Positions 44,396-58,600 of a DNA stretch of 64,000 nucleotides are shown piece by piece. The first letter of the stretch is position 1; every line of letters starts with the position of its first letter. Under the pieces are notes generated by a model. The model was not told the DNA's origin. It saw nothing but the letters and a program-made list of their open reading frames with translations, and made no database searches. A program made the translations under genes and the position numbers. This DNA comes from Auanema rhodensis (lineage: Eukaryota; Animalia; Nematoda), in contig OZ059896.1 of the NCBI GenBank assembly GCA_964057225.1, positions 13,144,001-13,208,000 of the forward strand. The letters are read 5' to 3'.

Positions 44396-47300
44396 CTACT
44401 GTATCCGACAATCATCCTTCATCTCTATATCTTTCAAATCACGACTCTTTTTAATATTCGAAGTATTTTGTGAAATATGCTTTCCATCCAAAATGAAATT
44501 TATCACAGTCTGAAACATAACTTTTTTTCCATTATCTAACCTTGAAAGCATACTCTCGTAAGACAAGCAGCAGTTGAAGACTTCGCCGCCATTTTTTCCA
44601 ATTCATTGAAAGACGAAAAATCAGTTTCATCATGCATAACACTATCAGAACATAGATATGAAGATCGCGTAATCAACTATGGAATGAATAAAAGTAAGTC
44701 AGAGCAATTAAGATTTACCAGAAATACCTCGTCACAATTCAACTTTGAGTGATTAAAGCAAACTTCAGGATTGCGATCTGTTATAGTAGCAATAATGCAG
44801 AGCAACTTAAAATTTTGGTGTATTTAATAGTATTGCTATATCCTTACTTCCACTAAAAGCTGTCTATACTCTGGATGGTCAATTTTACTCAGCATATTCT
44901 CTATTTTATATGCAAACGTTAATTCGAACTCGGTCATATCACTTAATGTAGGTTGCTGTGGAAGAAATTGTCCGGCAATAACCATGCCATGCTTACACCG
45001 TTCCAATACTGCCCAAACTCTATCATAGAAAGAAACTGGCATTCTGTTCAGTGCACCGTTCAATCTACGTGTTTGCAGTGATGAACTACAAACATATAAA
45101 ATACTGAAACAGAATAATGAATGTATAAACATACAGCATATTCCAATTTTGCTTTGTTATAAGAGCAGTCACTAAATATTTCACAGCAGTGGGAGACAAA
45201 TCATAAATACAACCTTTCTTAAGCTCTGGAAGTATTACATAAAAAATTCTAATTACATCAATTTACATTACCTGCATAAATACTTTGCGCTCTTCGAAAA
45301 GATGTAACAAAGCTATCTTTATAAGGATGATTTGAGTCTTCACCTTCTGAAATGTACTGCAGTAGCATCTGCATAGCATCCATCAACCAAGAAAGACGTA
45401 TAGTTAATACCCCATCAAAAGCTGAGGATCTTTGCGATATCTGTAAAAATATATGCACACATTAAGAATAAAATAATAATAGGAAAAACCAAATCAGAAC
45501 ACGCTATAATCAGTTCCTGTTGCATTACAGAAGCATGAGGTTCATTATCTGGACAACATGCTGTTAATAGATCAGATAATTCTGAAGGAGCGATTGGATG
45601 TGAGATACATTCTTCTTTAGTTTTATTCAAACCAATAGTAACCTAGTATAATTGAAAGATCAATATATTATAAATCTTCATAAACCTGTTTTCCACGCAC
45701 TAGCATATTAGTAATAGCAGGAGATAGGCTATTTATAGTTTTTTTCAGAAGTCCGGCTGAATACCTTACCACATACCAAAGTCTTAACTGACATGCTCTA
45801 CGATAGTAACGTTCAAGTCTTGTTTGAATTGTTGCTAAAATAACTTGTTATTCTATTTTAGTAGGTAAAACTAATACATCCGTGCACTACAACATGTGGG
45901 CTTGTTCGTTCTTTCAAACATTTGAGAGCATACAAAAGTTGTCTTGGTCTTTCCATATCATCTTTAAATACTATTTCATATAGCTCATGGTCCGAAAAGT
46001 TTCTAATTTCATTCTAAAATGGATATATTACTAAAATAAAAAATAAAATAAAAACTTCTTGAGTTGTATCTGCGTCAGTAACTCCTTTTAAACTCAACCT
46101 AGATAAAATTTGTGGATTGTGTTCAGTTTCTTCAAAGATATCAATATCAAAATCAACTTCGTCCGAAGTAGCAAAATCAACATGTTCGATGCAACTTGAA
46201 TTTAAGAGTTGCTTAAATAATTACATTAACAACATAACGAATTAGTTTTTGTAATACATGAACTCTCCCCATCCGAACACGAGTATTGTTCACATAACCA
46301 TTTTTGAGTTGAACTAGCAAGTCTAGAACATGGTCAAAATACTCTCCAACAACATTTTCTTCTCTCAGCACAATGCACATAGTTGGTCTTCCAGCTAGTT
46401 TCCATCTCCGTGCTACGAAATCTATATCCCTCTGCAGGAGAAAGCATTACAAACATAATTTCGTCGTTACCCACACCTTGATATCATCAACAAGAACAGC
46501 CGGGTCAGAGCTAATATAGAAGTCTTTCACCTCAAATAGCAAGGGATAGCATAGGATTGTATCTCCAAAAACTCGAAACACTTTAGAAGTACTTAGTGGC
46601 CCAAATGGCCGGGGAGGCCGACCGCTTAACCCTATTTTGTTGTCTTTCCCAAGACATTCGAAAACCTGGATACAAAATACAATGAGTGAATTATTGTAAA
46701 TTCCACTGACTTTAACCATTCTCCAACTTGGCCATATTTGCACAGGTTCAACTTCATGAGGAGTTTGTGAAGTGATACCGTACGTGGACAGCATCATTTG
46801 AAGTCTACTTGATTCAGTTATCAATGCTATTTGAACAACAGGGTCGGACTCCATACTTCCCTTAACAAGAATTAAAATTTTCCTTGTTATGGTATATCAC
46901 CTGGAACGCTGAGTGCCGATTAAATGATTTCGGACGTTGACTCGCTGGTAAGTGGCGATTACATGGATCTAAGTCACTAGCATGAATCAGTCCATCTTCT
47001 GTAAAAAATTACAAATGTTAATAAGATTGGAGCAAAACACGACTGATGAGAATAAGAATGATGTATACAGAATTGCTCCATAAGTGATGACCAAACTCAT
47101 TAGGGCTAAATGGATACATTTCTGTGGAATTGGGGTTTTCTCTTTCTTTATTCAGCATATTTTCTTCCACACAATAGCACAATGGAACAAGTAAAGTACC
47201 TGAAGCGTATTGATCAAACTTGATATAAATATAATACTTTACCATTATCACTCGAGACTAATAAATCCTGAAGTTTTTTCCAATATTTTTCAGCTAATTG

Positions 47301-48763
47301 CACATCTCCTTGTAAGTGAGCTTAAATATACAAAAATAAAACTAATTGTTTCGTTTATTTATGCCTGTTAATGCAATAAAAGCAAAAAATACAGGAAATT
47401 GGCATTCAATTCCTTGAAACCTAAAAGTTTCATGTTCCTCATAGAAGGGTCGAGTACTATCTTCAATCTCCGTGCAATAACCATCTCGTAAAAATCTATT
47501 GAGGATAAGAATAAAGTTTAATACGTTACAGTAACAATACCTCTTCAATCCAAATTTACCCTCAAGGCGTCTTACACATTTTTTGACAGTTCTATCGACA
47601 AGATTGCAATCATGGCTGGCGAACGCTGGCCAACCTAATGTTAAGAGCAACGAAGCATCTGTATTCTAAACAAGTAAACTTTGAATTTCTAAATATATTT
47701 GCAATATCACTTTGGAATTGCTTTCTCGCGGTAAAATAGTTTCAAACGTTGTTCGATTTCGATTATGACCATCAATGTCAACATATATTACTGACGAGCT
47801 TCCTCCTGACGACCCATAAACGTTGAAACCGTTTATAGCTTCTAATGCAGCCTTGAATTTAATAGCATATGCATATAAGTAAAAGTGATACTAAACCTTA
47901 ACCATTCCTAAACTACTAGCATGCAACTCTGGTTTTCCCGTATTGTAGCGTGTTCCTCTACCCCACATGCCAAAATCAGGTGTCCGGTAAGTTCTTTCTA
48001 TATAAAAAACCAAATTTTGTATAAAATTAACTTCGTGAATGGTATAGATTATCTACAATCAGTTAAATATTACATGCACTTAGTACTTGTATCACAAAAC
48101 CTTGGTGCCACCTGAGGTCATTTGTACGAGAGCTAATAGATATAGAGCTACTAAATCCATTTGTAGATGACCATAATTTTTATCAGTAGGAGTTGTAAGA
48201 ATAATACCAGTTTGCAAATCAAACCGAGCGTGAAGAGCATATTCAGGGCTATTATTGGCTTTGAACAAAGATAGCTAAAAACGGTTCTTCTACACTACGC
48301 CACTACATTAAACCATACAGTATCCGCTTGTTGCATCCAACAAAATAGAATTCCACGCATTGTTTTTACTGCGGTTTGTCTTAATTCAGTTTGACGCCCT
48401 AGTTCATCATCTAACCTTCTTAAGAGAAACTTTTTTATTATGTGGAGCATTCACAACTTACTTATAAGCTAAAGATGCAGCCCAGCAAGCGAGGGCGCAA
48501 TATATACTATCTTTCACATAGCCAACATTTTGATCTTTAGAAAAACGAGGAAAGAGGCCGCTGGTTACACTTTGATAATTTAACAACAACTTTTGAACTA
48601 AATTAAAAATAGACAGAAAAGCAAAGAAAGTCAAACCTAATTCATAAACAGAGTCTATTTTCCCAACCTTTGCTGTTTTATCCGACTGGGTGGACTGATA
48701 TGGAGTCAAATATGCCTGAGTAAGACGTCGCAGTCTTCCAGATGTTTTAGAATTATCAGGCAT
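44396..48763 (-). CDS. Phosphorylase kinase regulatory subunit beta (PHKB-like)
   Basis: [81 protein letters not shown]. CaaX-like end CRIQ*. Confidence 0.9.
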
Positions 48764-49013
48764 CAGAGTTTGTGACGTACACTTCAATCCCCCGCCATCA
48801 TTCTTTCATCAGCTGTTCATGAACATATGTTACTTATGATTGCGTACACTATTATTGACACGTCAAAATTACTAAAACAGGATCACAATTTATTCAATAA
48901 AAGATCCAGGGAAACCGTAGTTATTGAGAATAAAACAACACAAGTGATACTATCAGTCTTATAACGAGAAACAAAACAATTTAATAATTTCAGATGGTTA
49001 ACCAGTGATTAGT

Positions 49014-51895
49014 TTAAAGTTCTGAATGTTCTTCTTCAACATCAATAACATCTTCAGCCTTTGCTTCCTCAGATTCTTCAATTATGGGCTCTGGCTCAAC
49101 TTCCATATCTCTAGAGATGTCAAGAGAAGAACGCAGCATGGTTTCTATTCTTTCCGCGAAGCTCACCTTAATACTTGGTTAAGGACCTACGAGAAGTGAA
49201 CAAAACAAACCTGATCCTGTAGAGAAAATCCTGATCGTAAAGTGGCAGTTTCAAATAATAATAGAGCAGTATCCTTTGCTTTATCATCATCTTTGTTATC
49301 AATGATACGTTTAAGTAGTTCTTTAACGATAGGATGACGTGGATTAACCTCGAAAGTTTTTTTCTGATTAGCGTAAAAGTCATGGCTGGGATCTTTAGAC
49401 TTGGCATACGCTTGACTTTTCATAATTCGCTCCATGTTTCCAGACCAACCATAATTAGATGCAACAAGAGCTGATGGAGACTTTACAAGTCTTTGTGAAA
49501 TAACGACTTTCTCTACTAAGTTCTTCAAAGCATTTTCCTTCAACCAGGTAGTAAGGGGTTCAAATTCTTCTTCCACTTGCTTGTAGAGCTCTTTAGCCTT
49601 TTCTCCTTCATCAATATTAACTCCTTCCTTTAAAGAAAAATTAAAATCATTGAGAGATACACTATCAAGTTACCTTGGCAACGTTCTGGAACTTTTTCCC
49701 GTCAAATTCGGGCATGGCTTGAATGCAATATTCATCAACAGCTTCCGTTAAGAATAACACTTCATATCCTTTGGCAATTAAACGTTCAACAAATGGAGAG
49801 GTCTCAACTTCTTTCCGTGAAGTTCCTGCCATATAATAAATAGTTTCCTGCTTCTCTTGCATTCGTTCAACATATTGTGTAAGAGAGACTTGCTTATCGC
49901 TACTGGCTGATGATTCAAATCTATAATAGTTGTTTAACAATATTTTTGATATTAAAACTATTACCTTAACAACTTGGCGAGACGCATTCTATTGCTTGGA
50001 TCTTCCATAACTCCTAACTTAATGTTAGTGCTAAACTCCTTCCAAAAGTCATCAAATTGTTCTCCGGTAAGCTTTTTCAGCATATCCAAAACTTTTCTTA
50101 CAAGCTTCTTCTTGATAACCTTGAGAAGTTTATGCTGTTGCAAATTTTCACGAGAAACATTAAGAGGGAGGTCATCGGAATCAACTATTCCTCGGATGAA
50201 AGACAAATACTTTGGTAGCATGTCAGCAAAATCATCTGTAATGAACACACGGCGAACATAAAGTTTGATATTTTCCAGGATTTTTCCATAATTTTGAAAC
50301 ATATCTTGAGGAGCCTTTTTGGGAACGTAGAGAATAGATCTGAACGAAACTTCTCCTTCAGCAGTGAAATGAACATGTGTGAGCGCATTTTCAGTATCTT
50401 TAGTAATACTCTTATAAAATTCATTGTACTCCTCGTCTTCAACCTGAGATGGCTTGCGCATCCAGATTGGTTTAACATTATTAACACGTTCCCAATCCCA
50501 AACTGTCTTTTCAGTTTTTTCAGGCTTGCTATCTGTCTCTTCTTCAACAGCACCATCCTCTTTAGTGGATTCTGTTTTGGGAACTTCGACAGTTTCTGTT
50601 TTTGATTGCCAGAGATAGATATTAAAGTTAATGAATTGAGAATATTTGTGTACCAAAGCTTTCAAGGTATCAGGCTCAAGGAAATCCATAGCTTCATCCT
50701 TCATATAGAGAGTTATTTGTGTTCCTCTCTTTAAAGTAGAACCACGAGGATCCTTAGTAATTGTAAAGCTGGATGAATCGGATTCCCAGATGTACTGATC
50801 ATCATCATTATGCTTTGACACAACAACAACTTTATCAGCAACCAGGAACGCAGAGTAGAATCCAACACCAAACTGTCCAATTAGATCTTGTTGCTGCTCT
50901 GCACTAGTAGAAGTATCCATCAACTTAGATAAAAACTCAGAAGTTCCTGATCTAGCAATTGTTCCCAAATTATTGAGCAAATCTTGTTTGGTCATTCCAA
51001 CACCAGTATCAGTAATTTGAAGAAGTTTGTTTTCTTTATCAGCCTAAAAAAACTAAAACTTATATACATAAATTAACTATGTATGGTTCACCTTAATACG
51101 AATACTCATGTCATCGGTTTCCTTCATAACTTCTGGATCAGTGAGGAAGAGTAATCTAATTTTATCCAAAGCATCAGATGCATTTGATATCAATTCTCTA
51201 AGGAAGATATCCTTATTACGATAAAGAGAGTTGATAATCAGTTTCATCATACGGTTAACCTGGATAAAAGAAAATATTCTGAAGGTAATATGTTGCGTAC
51301 CTCAGCTTGAAACTCGAACTTTTCAGCATTTTTTCTCATATTATTTAAATTAGAGGCATCTAATCCGTCTAATGCAATGACGTCTTCTTCCCTAAAAGTT
51401 CTTTGTTTTATGAACTAAGAAAACTTGGCAAACATAATTGACCTCGCCAGTCAACCAAGTCTATTTAACAAATATACTACGATGGGAAGTAAGAGCGATC
51501 AAACAAATGGACTTTGCTAAAGAAAGCACAACCCGACACAGCAAATAAACTGGGCTCACTAGTTATATCACTTATTTTAACTTTTCCAAAGAAGAATTAG
51601 AAACATATATGCACATATTCCAAAATATTTGTGTGAATTATACACGAGAAGAAGACTTACTTTGCCAAGGTTTTCTTTGCATCTTCAGCATGTGTTGGTT
51701 GGCATAGGATTGCTGAAAGAAAAGAAATATAAATATAAAAAAATAAAATATCATTATATTTCAATTTTAAACCACACATGGAATACTAACAGAAGTATTT
51801 TCTTAATATACAAATAATTAAAGATAACACAAAAGACACCTACCTAGAAAAATACTCGCGTTCAAAAGGAACCATAGCCTCCGTTGGAGAAGCAT
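49014..51895 (-). CDS. enpl-1: Endoplasmin/GRP94 (ER Hsp90)
   Basis: Signal peptide [80 protein letters not shown]; ER-retention end HSEL*. Confidence 0.97.
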
Positions 51896-52248
51896 TTCAG
51901 CTAGCCAGGGAAACTGTTCTGAGCTGTACTAGTGAGAGCACGAAGAGCTACGTGTACAAAAGGCAACCAAACACTCCCCGCCCCTTTTGACGTCTCCTTG
52001 TCTCTCCACGTTTCTCATTATCTTCAAACCTGTATTGCAGGGCGGTCAGTGTTTTTAAGGCGGAGCCGCTTAGCTGGCCAATCACGAGAGACCAAATATC
52101 CAACGAACCAATGATGGTGTATAAATTGCAAAATAGCGCAGGTTTTTTTATTAAGACACACGTGTAAGATAGTTGAATTATTATAAATAAAACGTTATTA
52201 AAATGATTTCAATATTTTTCGTATTACATTTACAGAAGATAACTGGGT
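51896..52248. promoter_or_regulatory. Putative bidirectional ER-stress promoter shared by enpl-1 and imp-2
   Basis: 353 bp between divergent ATGs. Contains GC boxes (51976, 52040), TGACGT (51988), CCACGT (52006), CCAAT-N9-CCAAA (52078-52096), a second CCAAT (52108) and TATAAA (about 52120). Confidence 0.6.
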
Positions 52249-54082
52249 ATGGCAGACATACAACCTTCAACTGTTGCTCCTCCGTTGGAAGGAGCTCCTT
52301 CAACAGGAAATGTGACCTTCACATTTGAGGAACAGGTTAACTTTTCTTGTATTCAAAAATTTAATTGTTTTCCTTTTAAGGTTTTAACTTCATGCGCGCT
52401 ATACACTATGACTCTTGTGTGCATTATCGTGGGAAGTTTTAGATCAGTAACATATGTGCAAAGACATATCAGAAAAAATAAACTTATTGAAGTAAAAACA
52501 GTAGATTTGTCTAGAATATCAAAGTATTTTCTATTGTAGGCTTCGATCACTGTTTCTGAAGCTAAGAAATTTCCGATAACTGCTTCTCTTGTCTTATTTG
52601 GATTATACATTTTTTTTAAGTAACTATTCAAATGGAGTCTGAATTTCATAAATTACCTTTCCAGACCTGATGCTAAAGAATGGTTGCTTACATTAGCGAA
52701 CACACACCTTCCAGAAAAATTCGCTACTATTATAACTAACTTTTTTTCTACTACTGGTTCTACTGAACCAGGTGCTTTATCGAGGATTTTATCAAATATG
52801 TTTGTTTCATTTATTTCTATCAAATAGAGCTGCTTTTTTTCAGTGTCTCAAAATTACCTAATAATCTTCAAGAAACTATAACCACCTTTGCTCAGTATGT
52901 TCCCTCTTTAACGAAGAAAGATGCTATGAAGTTTTTATTGGTGGTTTTGTGCTTTGAAGGTTTGTTTTTTCATATATTTTTCAACTAACACCTTTTCAGG
53001 TTGCGTTGCTCTTGCTGCAATCCTGAAACCAATTTTCTCTTTTGTTCTTAATGTCTTGCCAATTGGAAATTGTTGGCCTAAGTTTAATACTCCTTTCCTT
53101 TTTTCTATAAAAAAGGGAAAGAAGGAAATGGAAGAAGGTGATATTGAAGACGCCAAAAAAAATGATGTTGTAAGCATGATATTTTAAAATGGAAAATTTT
53201 CATTTGTTTAAAGGAATATGTCATGAAGATGGATTTCGATACACACGACTGTATTGCTATATTTTTCTGTTTATTCATTGGGATCTCACACATATACCAA
53301 AGACATTGGATTACCAACAATATTTTAGGAATAGCTTTTAGTATTTATGGTATTGAAAATCTTCATCTCAGTAGTTTCAAGGTTCTGTTGTTTTTGTGGA
53401 TATTACATGTTTTTGTTGTTTTTCTAGGCTGGCGCGTTCTTACTCTGCGGACTTTTTGTTTATGACATTTTTTGGGTGTTCGCTACTGATGTTATGACCA
53501 GTGTAGCTAAAGGAATTGATGCTCCTATTTTGTTGCAATTCCCTCTTGATCTTCTTCGGCATGGCTTCCTTAACGCAAACAAGTATTCCATGCTAGGTAA
53601 GGTGGTTTTTGTAGTTTCTTAATAGATACTCCTATTTAGGATTGGGAGATATTGTTATTCCGGGAATTTTTATTGCTCTTCTTAAAAGGTTTGATCATCG
53701 ACTTGGAGAACAAGGAAAGAATAAGCAAGAACAAAAGAAAAGGTAATTGCGACGTTTCTTCTTACTCTCTTTTTAATTCAATTTTTGTAGATATTTCTTC
53801 ATTATTACTGTATTTGCTTATGCTATTGGTCTTATTTTGACTATGGCTGTAATGCATTTCTTTAAAGCTGCACAGCCTGCTCTTCTTTACTTGGTACCTT
53901 GCTGCTTACTTGTTCCTCTACTTGCAGCAACGTTTACTGGAGATCTTCAGGTAATATTATTCAAGGATGTTAATTACGAAATGCTCTCTTTATAGATGTT
54001 ATGGAATTATAATGAAGAACATTTGATTGAGAAAAAGCAAAAATTAAAAACTTCTGAAAAAAGTGATAAGAAAACTAACTGA
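52249..54082 (+). CDS. imp-2: Signal peptide peptidase (HM13-like intramembrane aspartyl protease)
   Basis: AKKFPITASLVLFGLY, HWITNNILG, YDIFWVF, MLGLGDIVIPG, AQPALLYLVP; di-lysine end KKTN*. Confidence 0.93.
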
Positions 54083-54202
54083 ATTTTTTATTTTCTAATT
54101 GTGCTTAAACGTTTTCTCTCTCTCTCTTTATGCTACCTTTCGGGTTCTTTTAATCGTTGACAGCTTTGTATTAAATTATTAATTTATTTAATATGGTTCG
54201 TT

Positions 54203-55048
54203 TTATAATGCGATTGATTCAATTTTCGTCTTGTTCTTTTCCGATGAATGAATAATGAAAAAAGCGGATCCAAATACGCTTGTAATGAAAGCAATTATCA
54301 ATAAAATAGCTGCTGCTCCTGTACAATAATAAGCCCATCCATAGTGATACTGTAAAATATTGTTGTGGTTTAATTATAAGTGCTTCAATGCTCACCATGA
54401 AGATTGTTCCACTAATAATCTCAGATTGATTTTCTCGCAAATCGTTGAAATACGAGTATACCACAAAGGCGCTTAAGCAACAGATAGCTGAGATAAAATA
54501 TTAATTTTTTAATATTAATTGGTGTGTTTTACTTGAAGTCAACTGCATAACGCTGTGAGAAAATGCTCCAAATTTTGTGAAAATGGAACAAATAGCAAAA
54601 CAAAGTCCAATTACAATACTAGCAATTGCGCAAGACAAAAGTATCAAAGTCACCAATTCAAATTCTAAAGAAAACATTACTTTATATTTTGAAGCATTTC
54701 TAAACCAGCATAGTAATATGTCATATCTATTGGTTCGTCACTCTTCTGAGACTTCGATCTTCTGTAGCATAAGTGACCATCGATGTCAGCAGAAGAACTG
54801 CCTTAATTTCATTACTATACTGGGAACTAAAACGAAAAAGAATAACCTGTATGTGGTTTTGGATCGTAAGGCTCCCAACAGTATCTGAGTAAACCGAAAG
54901 AACGTTTACCCCTTATAAAGTTACCTTTGTCTTCTAACCAGCGATATCCAGTAGAAAAAATACTTACAATTAGCATTACGCATGATATTAAAGAGATAAT
55001 GCAAGACAAACTCAAGCATGCACCACGAGATTTGGATGAAATAGTCAT
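54203..55048 (-). CDS. Claudin-like (clc/PMP22 superfamily) four-TM protein
   Basis: N-terminal TM, W..FGLLRYC extracellular loop signature, further TMs, YHYGWAYY before TM4. Confidence 0.72.
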
Positions 55049-55691
55049 TCTCAAAGCAGTTTCTGAAATATTAAAAGATTGAAACAAGAATTTAGAACTA
55101 GCAGTTATTAGTACTAAGAATCTCAATGTTTATGTAAATGAGTCGTATTATTCATCAACATTTTTATAAACAATAAGTAGTAGTGCTTGAAGCTTTAAAG
55201 AGCATTTTCGGGAAATAAAAGATGGTCTCTTATAAAAGACATAGCGAAAACAATGACAACTGACTGAAAGTTGGAGCCGAATAAGAAATAGCCAAAACGG
55301 TCACTGTGTTATTATGAGTCACTTCACGTCTTTCTTTTTGTGTATATATTTATATAGTGATATATATATATACATATATATGGGAGAAAACAGATAATCT
55401 TTACTTTATAGCAGAACATTACACATTGACACATATTAAAATGACCATCGCACAGATTGAATCACTTTCTCAGCTTGACCACGATGAACATAAATACAAA
55501 TGAGTAATAAAATCGATGAAGAATCCAAAATATGTCAAAGAATTACTTTGAGGAAAGCATGAAGCGTAAGCTAGAAGTTAGTGGATAAAACATGGTGCTG
55601 ACACTAACACCTGACATTCACAACAAAACAATGAAGTGCAGCACAACAGAAACAGATATCTCTTACATTTAGAGATTCGTGATAGAAAAAA

Positions 55692-58600
55692 TTATTGCGT
55701 TCCATTTTCTCTTCTGTTGAAAACATTTGTTCCTCGTAGATAAATGCTTTTAATATTTGAAAAATGTGAGAGAATGTAATGAAGTATTAAAACCATCAAG
55801 GAAAGCTGAAAGAATTGTTACAGTGTCATGACTTCTTTCAAAAGTACTTACAATTCGAAATACTAAGAAATAAATGAGAAACGTTGGAACAAGAAATAAT
55901 AAGAGGGAAAAAAGTACCGTTGCCACAAACTGCTCACGAGAATCAAGGCATACCTGAATAAATAAATAATCTATGAGTAACAAAAGTGTTTAGTTATCTC
56001 CTGAAAACTCACACTGTCAACTCTTTGTCTCAGTGGATTCCATTTATGACCTGTTAGTGCTCTCCATAGTGATACTAGTGACAACCAACACAGGCTGCAC
56101 AATCTAAACCAATATAATTAGGATTTATACGACTAAAACGGATTCAGAACGCATATTTATTATTAAAAAACAATTAAAAAGACATTAAAATAAGGTATGG
56201 TAGCTACTATTTCTATTCCCCCTAATCAACGAGACTTTCTAACTCTAATTGATAGACCAATAAAGCCGATAAAATAAAAGATGAAAATAAATCCGATCAT
56301 AAAGATTTGATCATATACAAAGTTATCAGCGCTGAAAGAATACTGGGCAAGAATACCATCTCGAGTCTGGAAAAACACAATAAGAAGTAAACTAACTCAA
56401 GAGTTATGGACAAAAATATACCGTATCACTCCAAGTTGTAGAATTTGGTTCATTAACCTTTTCCCATTGATTGATAGCAAGCGCCTCGAATCCATATCTA
56501 AATATGTCCAAAGTTTAATCTGAAAAAGGTGGATTCATAATACCTGAACCAACTTAGATATTGAATCCATTGTACGTATGATGGCAGAGCTCCAACATTT
56601 GCATACAACCCTCCAGTCAAAGATAACAAGGTTAATAAAGGGCCGGCTAAGGAAACCGCAATCTAATAACTTTTTTGTATACATTGAAATCCAAAGAAAC
56701 ATACTGGGTATGAAGGGCAGACGGTTGACAGCATCACACCAAAGGCAGCAGAGGACTGTTCTATTAAGAAACTAATAAAGCATGCAAACAAGACCTAAAA
56801 ACAAAAGCTGAAGAAAAAAAAGAAAACATCACAAATCTAACCTGGGATAATGAATTGGAAAAACCAGCAAGCCAATAAGATATTAACAGCATTAACAATC
56901 CATCAAGTGTGAATAAAGGAACATATGACATAGATCGAGCAAAATAGTAGCTAAACCAAAAGTCTTTAAAATTTCTAAATTAACTTTATGAACCTAAATA
57001 TATTATATATTCCATCATGATATTCGCGAACAACAAGAGGATAATCAGCAGGAAGGAAAGTCAGAATACCAAACAAAGTTGAATAGGTTAGTTCACAAAC
57101 CAAGTAGAAAAGAGCACCGTTTAAGTTTGAAATACCCACAGAAGTAAGAGGACTCTAATTCAAATTTCAGACAATATTAATCTGTTATGACTTACTTGTA
57201 AATATAACAAGCCGATAAATAATCCCATAACAGATTTTTGAATTAGTTTAGCACGAGCCAACGAAGGATTTCTCCAATTGTCCAAAAATGAGCTAAAGGA
57301 TGAACGTTTTATCTACAAACAAATTTGGAAAACTACCGGTAAAGCAATGCAGATACTTGAGTGCCCAATGAAACTTGTTTTCGCCCTTCCGGTACGATAC
57401 CTTTCTCAATACTGGCTATTTCGTTAGCTACTTCCTTTCCAGCAGAACTAAAATTACGCTGTCGACGATTATTTGTCATAAACATACTCATTTTCGAATT
57501 TATTACAAATCTCCGAAATTCGCGTTTGGCATTCTCGCTCTTCACTAGGAACTACTGCTAATGTGTGAATAATCATGTCAGCAGGGTTATAGTTATGAGG
57601 ACATGGATAACCACAAGCTTCAAAAAATTGAATGCATCCCTTTGGTGTGCCCATATAAGCAGTGCGGCCCCCAGCTAAATATGATTTAAAAAATGCGAAT
57701 AAAAACTTTCAAACCTAGAAATATTACCCTATCAAACATAAGATAGAGCTGACTTGCTGGCTGGTGAATAGTGCATATGACAGTTCTGATTATGATGATT
57801 ATTTTATACGCTGTTAAATGATTAAACGATTCAAAACCTTCCACTTCGGGCTAATTTGGATAACACTTGAACCACACTTTCAGCCATAAACGAATCCAGG
57901 CCAGTTGTAGGTTCATCACAAAATAATAATGCGGGATTAGATAATAATTCACAAGCAAACGTTAGTCGTCTAGCTTCTCCCCCTGAAATTGAATTCCATA
58001 ATTATAAAACAGCTACTCCGGGTCTCTTATCATTTAAAAAAGAAGCAGGTCACATTATATTGGTTGATAAGATCAATATTTAAAAAAGAAATCAAAGTCG
58101 ATCACCTGATATTCCTTTTTTAACACCAATCACTCCAATTCTCGTATTCTGACATTTCCAAAGTCCCAACTGAGTAAGAACAGTATTAACTCTTTTCTCT
58201 CTCTTGGCAGCTGATCCAGAAACTCTCAGTCTTGCCTTAGAAAATAACAACAATACTTACACATATAATATATTACCTGTATAGTAAGATATTCTCTAAC
58301 AGTCAATGTTCCCACAAACAACTCTTCTTGCTGAGCATATCCAGAAATAGCCGTTATATTATGACCAATCTAAAGACAGCTTTAGCAAAACTTTACTCGG
58401 ATTGAAAAGTAACCTCATGTCCATTAACTTCAACATTGCCTTGAACATCTAAGCCTTTTAAATTTCTTGCCAACAAAGTATTTAGCAAGGTCGTTTTACC
58501 GGCGCCACTAAAGGTTTTCTTAAGAATTAAGAAAGAACACAATGTTCCATACCTAGCACCCATGAGTGCAACCAACTCTCCTGGTCTGGCAACTCCTGAT

